DNA of 64,000 nucleotides from Eledone cirrhosa (Eukaryota): NCBI GenBank assembly GCA_964016885.1, contig OZ024740.1, positions 414,966,001 to 415,030,000 of the forward strand, read 5' to 3'. Shown piece by piece: positions 62,142 to 64,000 of this stretch (position 1 is its first letter; each line of letters starts with the position of its first letter). The notes under the pieces were generated by a model. It saw only the letters and a program-made list of their open reading frames with translations, ran no database searches and was not told where the DNA came from. The position numbers and the translations under genes were made by a program.

Positions 62142-63778
62142 CATCATCATCATCATCATCATCATTATCATTTTACGTTCGCTTTTCTCTGCTTGCAAGG
62201 GTGGGATGGGTCCTATTCAGCACAGCATCTCTCCACTTGTCACAGTCCTTTATCATCTCCTCTGTGAGCTTCAGCGATCTGAGGTCTGCTCTCACCACCT
62301 CTGCCCATGTTTTCCATGGTCTTCCTCTACTGCGTTTTCCTTCTACTGGCATTTCTTGGCACTTCTTTACCCAGCGGTCATCCTCCATGCGCATCACATG
62401 TCCATACCATCGTAGTCTTCTCTCCCGCACACTACAACTTATCCCTCTTATACACCGTTTCTCTCTAAACTCATCTATGCTTGGTCATTCACGTATATTG
62501 ACATTGCATGTAAAACGGAGCTTGCTTGCCTCATTTCTCTCCAGCCGTTGCATATCCTCTGCAGTTGCTGCCCATGTCTCACTACCATGCAGCATCGCAC
62601 ATCTCACACAGGCATCATATAACCAACATTTTGTACGCAGGGAGAAACCCTTCTTTGTCAACAGAGGAAGCAGCTCCCTAAACTTATTCCAGCCCATCCT
62701 TATTCTAGATACTATGACCTCGGAACACCCCCTCCCATGCTAATCTGATCACCTAGGTACCGGAAGCTATCAACCACTTCTATAGAACCTACCTGCATTT
62801 GAAAAATGTGTCTATCACTGCGACTTCTACTGTGAAATTCCCCTGTACATCTACTGCATATGTAGTTTTCCATACCTGTTAATTTGCCTGCTATCCCACT
62901 ACATCTCTTGTGTACCCAAGATCTGCATTGTGTACATTTTATAGAATTTATGCCAGTTCCTTTTCTACATATCGAACATGGCCATTTCCCTGATGGAATC
63001 AGAGTTTTGTCCTCTTTTCTACTCATCAACACTTTCATCTTAGCTATGTTCACTCTCAGGCCTTTTGATTCCAACTGCTGTTTCCATAGCCAGAATTTCT
63101 TCTCTAGCTCCTCTACTGATTCTGCTATAAGAACCAGATCATCAGCATAGAGAAGTTCCCATAGGCAGCCAGTCTTAAACTCCTCTGTTATGGCTTGGAG
63201 GACTATAATGAACAAGAGCAGGCTGAGGACCGAACCCTGATGTACTCCTACTTGTATCTGGAATTCCTCACTAAACTCCATTCCTACTCTCACTTTACTG
63301 ACAGCACCTCTGTACATAGCTTGCACTGTCCTCACAAGCCATTCCTCTACACCTAGTTTCCTTAGGGACCACCAGATGACAGATCGGGGTACCCTATCAA
63401 AGGCCTTCTCTAGGTCAACAAAAGCTAAGTATAGTGGCTTATTCTTCTCTAAGAACCTCTCTTGTAGTTGTATCACTAAGAAGAGGGCATCTGTTGTGCT
63501 TTTCCGAGGCACAAAAAATAACTGCTTCTCATCTAATTTGACCCTTTCTCTAATCAGTTGCGCTAATATTCTTTCTGCCACTTTCATAACCTGATCCATC
63601 AGTTTTAAGCCCCTATAATTGCTCCTCTCCCGAGCATCCCCTTTACCTTTGTAGCAATTTATGAGAATACTGCTGCACCAGTCTTTGGGTATGACACCGC
63701 CATATATAGCTTGATTAATGATGCGTGTAACCAGTTTAGTGCCTACTTCCCCTGATGCCTTCAGCATCTCAGCAACTA
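62141..63778 (-). mobile_element. 5'-truncated RTE family A LINE (diverged subfamily), frameshifted
   Basis: RT motifs and PHD finger in 62712-63809 plus downstream fragments; (GAT)n tail; bounded by (TA)n tracts. Confidence 0.92.
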
Positions 63779-63812
63779 TATGTATATATATATAAATATA
63801 TATATACATATA

Positions 63813-63926
<114 letters not shown>

Positions 63927-64000
63927 CGCAGTATATACTCGAATATAACCCGAGGAATATGGGACCGAAAAATCAATGGTAGAAAGGGGATCTGCTGATA

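Overview
Eukaryotic, AT-rich, microsatellite-saturated DNA whose repeat content (tRNA-derived SINEs, RTE LINEs, long (TA)n/(CA)n/(TACA)n tracts) points to an octopus/coleoid genome; the species is an inference. Most of the window is transposable elements: two RTE-type LINE families (one with a PHD finger, one with three C-terminal C2H2 fingers, including a near-intact copy), a Penelope-like element (RT plus GIY-YIG), a full-length L1/Tx1 element, a decayed hAT transposase, a restriction-like-endonuclease LINE fragment, non-autonomous Helitrons carrying minisatellites, MITEs, a solo LTR and many SINEs. Two signals stand out. (1) A spliced exon at 45004-45264 encodes a secreted pre-pro-peptide whose signal/pro region resembles the octopus salivary (venom) tachykinin precursor, with a truncated inverted paralog about 2 kb away. 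(2) About seven hammerhead-ribozyme motifs occur, several in the arms of unrelated near-perfect palindromes beside (TA)n tracts (33.5, 45.5, 53.8 and 54.4-54.6 kb), one in the intron of the peptide gene. All family assignments come from motif reading and recall, not database searches.
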